From the NCBI GenBank assembly GCA_052279835.1, contig CP181291.1:2336001-2400000 (forward strand): 64,000 nucleotides of DNA, given 5' to 3'. Position numbers and translations under genes: made by a program. The stretch is from Microcoleus sp. (GTDB lineage: Bacteria; Cyanobacteriota; Cyanobacteriia; Cyanobacteriales; Microcoleaceae). Below are positions 60,820-64,000 of the stretch, one piece after another; the first letter of the stretch is position 1, and every line of letters begins with the position of its first letter. The notes below the pieces were generated by a model. That model worked only from the letters and a program-made list of their open reading frames with translations. It made no database searches and was not told the origin of the DNA.

Positions 60820-60927
60820 ATCATCTGACAGTGCCACGGGATTTGATATGATATCAATTCCGGTTGCACTCTCAGGTGATTGTTGACTGTTGACTGTTTT
60901 ATCATTCCGATGCCACCGGAAACGATA
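60820..60927. repeat. Adjacent MITE-like inverted-repeat ends enclosing TGTTGAC heptamers
   Basis: ATATCAATTCCGGTTGCACTCTCAGGTGAT (60851-60880) pairs imperfectly with 60820-60849 and with ATCATTCCGATGCCACCGGAAACGATA (60901-60927). Confidence 0.65.
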
Positions 60928-61021
60928 GGATGCGTCCTAGCCTGCCCAACAATAAGCTCTAGACTTTTAAAACAATCCACAAGTCTCCAGGACCGGACTT
61001 GACCTAACATTAAAAAACATT

Positions 61022-62005
61022 ATGTTTCCCACACACCGTCCCCGCCGCCTCCGCAACCATCCCCAACTCCGCCGGATGGTGCGCGAAAACATCTTGACAA
61101 CCAATGATTTAATTTACCCCCTATTTGCCGTACCGGGGGAAGGTTTTGCTAAAGAAGTCACATCAATGCCAGGAGTTTACCAGCTCTCGATCGACAAAAT
61201 TGTCGAAGAAGCAAAAGAAGTTTACGACCTCGGCATTCCGGCAATTATTTTATTCGGAATTCCCGCGGATAAAGACACAGACGCCACCGGTGCTTGGCAC
61301 GATTGCGGCATCGTCCAAAAAGCGACAACAGCAGTCAAAGAAGCAGTACCAGATTTAATCGTCATGGTCGATACTTGTCTGTGCGAATATACCAGTCACG
61401 GCCACTGTGGCTATTTGCAAGTCGGGGATTTAACTGGTCGTGTTTTGAATGACCCAACCCTAGAATTGCTCAAGAAGACAGCGGTTGCTCAAGCTAAAGC
61501 CGGTGCAGATATTATCGCACCTTCTGGGATGATGGACGGTTTTGTCGGAGCAATTCGGGAAGGATTGGACGATGCTGGATTTGAAGATATTCCCATCATG
61601 TCCTACGCGGCAAAATATGCTTCCGCTTATTATGGCCCGTTCAGAGATGCGGCGGATTCTGCACCCCAATTTGGCGATCGACGTACCTATCAAATGGACC
61701 CCGGAAATGGTCGTGAAGCTCTCAAAGAAATTGCTCTCGATATTGCCGAAGGTGCGGATATGCTCATGGTTAAACCTGCTTTAGCCTATATGGATATCAT
61801 CTGGCGCGTTAAGGAAGCAACTAATCTGCCAGTTGCAGCTTACAACGTTTCTGGAGAATATGCGATGGTGAAAGCCGCTGCTCTCAATGGTTGGATAGAT
61901 GAAGAAAGAGTAGTGATGGAAACTTTGACAGGATTCAAACGTGCTGGTACTGATTTGATTTTAACTTATCACGCCAAAGATGCCGCCCGCTGGTTAAAAG
62001 GCTGA
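61022..62005 (+). CDS. hemB: Delta-aminolevulinic acid dehydratase (porphobilinogen synthase)
   Basis: [20 protein letters not shown] (Zn site), [21 protein letters not shown] and AYNVSGEY. Confidence 0.97.
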   Translation: MFPTHRPRRLRNHPQLRRMVRENILTTNDLIYPLFAVPGEGFAKEVTSMPGVYQLSIDKIVEEAKEVYDLGIPAIILFGIPADKDTDATGAWHDCGIVQKATTAVKEAVPDLIVMVDTCLCEYTSHGHCGYLQVGDLTGRVLNDPTLELLKKTAVAQAKAGADIIAPSGMMDGFVGAIREGLDDAGFEDIPIMSYAAKYASAYYGPFRDAADSAPQFGDRRTYQMDPGNGREALKEIALDIAEGADMLMVKPALAYMDIIWRVKEATNLPVAAYNVSGEYAMVKAAALNGWIDEERVVMETLTGFKRAGTDLILTYHAKDAARWLKG

Positions 62006-62121
62006 GGAAATCTCCCGGGTTAATACCCTGTCGTAGTTGAAGCGTGGAAGGGCTACCCAACCTACTTCATCTATTGGAAAAAGGTTATATAGACTTTCTC
62101 AGACACTGGGAGGGCCGGCAC

Positions 62122-62215
62122 GGGGGCACGGCCCCTACAAGCGAAGGAAACCGCCCTGGGCGGCACGGCTGTTTCATTGTCCAGCCAACGATGATTCTGT
62201 AGGGGCCGTGCCCCC
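62122..62215. repeat. Inverted pair of GTAG-type REP-like sequences
   Basis: GGGGGCACGGCCCCTACA (62122-62139) and its perfect complement TGTAGGGGCCGTGCCCCC (62198-62215). Confidence 0.8.
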
Positions 62216-62452
62216 CGCCTACCCCCCTCACTAACAACGCTTGAAAATCGCCTTAATAGCCTTGGCGGTGGCTATTTAGGCGACTTCTATACATCCAGAG
62301 GGGCGACTTTACACAAAAAGTTACCGCTCTGATAGCGATCGCATTTTCTCAGTAAAAAGTATTAATGATTACCGAAATTAGTCAGATAATATGGGTGAAT
62401 TAATTTATGTTTGTATGTTTAGAATTAAATACAATTTGCAGGCAGATTTAGA

Positions 62453-62944
62453 ATGACACAAACGACTAGAGATTCGAGTCACATTCAATTTTGCATAGGT
62501 CACGATCGAGTAGACCTCGAACAACTTCAACATCTATTTAAAGTAGCTGCATTTTGGGCTAGGGAACGCAAGATAGAAGATTGGAAAATCGCGATCGCCA
62601 ATAGCGAACCAGTTGTCACCGTCTGGGATGGCGAAAGGGCGATCGGTTTTGCCAGAGCCACATCAGACGGCATCTATCGAGCTACCATTTGGGATGTTGC
62701 CATTCACCCAGATTACCAAGGTGCAGGACTGGGACGCAAATTAGTCCAAACAGTTTTAAGTCATCCTCGAATGAGCCGAGTAGAGCGAGTTTACTTGATG
62801 ACAACTTACAAACAAAGCTTCTACGAGCGCATCGGTTTTCAGCATAACGCCAGCACGACAATGGTACTCGAAAATCTGCCCTTAGAAGAGAATGTCGAAT
62901 TAGAAATTAGACAGGGAGAATTGGTAATTGGACATCGGCCCTAG
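62453..62944 (+). CDS. GNAT family N-acetyltransferase
   Basis: IGFARATSDG, IWDVAIHPDYQGAGLGRKL (acetyl-CoA motif) and FYERIGF. Confidence 0.92.
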   Translation: MTQTTRDSSHIQFCIGHDRVDLEQLQHLFKVAAFWARERKIEDWKIAIANSEPVVTVWDGERAIGFARATSDGIYRATIWDVAIHPDYQGAGLGRKLVQTVLSHPRMSRVERVYLMTTYKQSFYERIGFQHNASTTMVLENLPLEENVELEIRQGELVIGHRP

Positions 62945-63027
62945 GGCATAGGACTCTAGCCTGGTGGAGGGATGGGGTATTGGGCATCGGGCATCAATAT
63001 CCAATTCTCTCCCTCTCCCTTCTCCCC

Positions 63028-63960
63028 TCAAATAGTTGCTAAAGGAATAGAACATTGAGTCCGAGTGAAATTGGACTCTTCAGTCTCAGAAGGAACTGCC
63101 AGAACCTCTAAACGCCCGTTCATTAAACTTAGCAGCGTCTGATCCATCAATAACCTCATTCCCGAAGACACTTTAACTGGATCGGTGCTCTTATTATCTG
63201 TCTCCAAATCGTGCTTTAATAAATCCCAAGACTCACTCCAAGCACTGATTGAACGCTGATCGTCTACCCAAATGTTAACGTAGCCAGATTCCGGTGAAGG
63301 GTGTGCCGAAACAAAAATACTCCCCTCTTCCATTTCCGCAATAGCAGTATCTATCAAATTGACTAACACTTGCCTAAATCTGGGAAAATCAACCAATACA
63401 TAAATTTCCGGATCGGGCGGGGATATTTCGAGGCGAATGCTGCGGTTAGCTGCTTGTAAGTAAGTTAAATCATCCACTTCATCAAATATTTTAGCTAACT
63501 GAATCGGCTCAATATCCATCGTCTCAGTGCCATGTTCAGTTTTAGCAACAAAGATAATTTGATCGATCAATTTCACTAACTTGAGTGCCGCTATGTGAGC
63601 TTGTTCGACAAACTCCCGTTCTTCAGCAGGATCGTCGCACAAATCCGACATAATTAATTGCAGTGTGCCAATCATACTACTCAGTGGCGATCGCAATTCG
63701 TGAGAAGTCCTAGCCAAAAAACCAGCCTTAAATTGACTCATTTCCGATGCCATCTGATAAGCCAATTGAGTTTGCTTCAGTTGGTCAGAAATGGCATCAA
63801 ACTTCTCTAAATAAATCTCTTGAGGATTTGACTGCTGGTGGGGTGCAGGTTCTAGCGGTTCCGAGCTCTTGGGCCTCGGACGCCAGATCAAATTGCTTCC
63901 CAAACCAAGTCCCAGCCCCATTCCTATATATATCAATTCGCTCCAGCCCATCAGCGCCAT
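63028..63960 (-). CDS. Membrane-anchored histidine kinase-like protein with degenerate ATPase domain
   Basis: N-terminal hydrophobic GMGLGLGLG segment and H-box SHELRSPL. The N-box reads NLIDTA, and there is no DxGxG or GxGLGL. Confidence 0.8.
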   Translation of the reverse strand: MALMGWSELIYIGMGLGLGLGSNLIWRPRPKSSEPLEPAPHQQSNPQEIYLEKFDAISDQLKQTQLAYQMASEMSQFKAGFLARTSHELRSPLSSMIGTLQLIMSDLCDDPAEEREFVEQAHIAALKLVKLIDQIIFVAKTEHGTETMDIEPIQLAKIFDEVDDLTYLQAANRSIRLEISPPDPEIYVLVDFPRFRQVLVNLIDTAIAEMEEGSIFVSAHPSPESGYVNIWVDDQRSISAWSESWDLLKHDLETDNKSTDPVKVSSGMRLLMDQTLLSLMNGRLEVLAVPSETEESNFTRTQCSIPLATI

Positions 63961-64000
63961 ATCACTTTGCCTTCGAGTTTAGCTATTTCGCGCCTCGCCC

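Noticed and set aside
1..64000. Frequent GCGATCGC as a novel repeat
   Set aside because: This is the well-known cyanobacterial HIP1 octamer; used only as a taxonomic clue.

Overview
This is a chromosomal window from a cyanobacterium. The HIP1 octamer GCGATCGC is very frequent, and the gene content and repeat families suggest a filamentous Oscillatoriales/Microcoleus-like organism (inference). From left to right: a partial CBS/PAS sensor; a stand-alone DXCF-type GAF protein; an FAD oxidoreductase and two GT2 glycosyltransferases; dps; the RHH-like/Ycf46 AAA/DUF1257 operon; a transglutaminase-domain membrane protein; hetZ with a frameshift-split patU; and sds. Next comes a ~26 kb convergent cluster of 11 two-component/c-di-GMP genes, including a 2.1k-aa hybrid kinase with a DXCF cyanobacteriochrome GAF. 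After it lie ppsA, a 2.1 kb non-coding region with a 3x64-bp tandem repeat, a 2271-aa DUF4347/lectin/DUF11/RTX adhesin, an apparently internally deleted sacsin-like GHKL ATPase gene between direct repeats, an AMIN protein, hemB, a GNAT, and a kinase with a degenerate ATPase domain. I saw no rRNA, tRNA, CRISPR array or transposase. The most notable sequence-level observations are: a 121-bp MITE plus 8-bp duplication (129 nt) inserted in frame in a histidine kinase; modular MITE shells with exchangeable palindromic cargo; the split patU; an unannotated 52-aa membrane ORF; a three-hairpin spacer before the DUF1257 gene; and the broken sacsin-like gene. All domain calls come from motif recognition by eye, with no database search.
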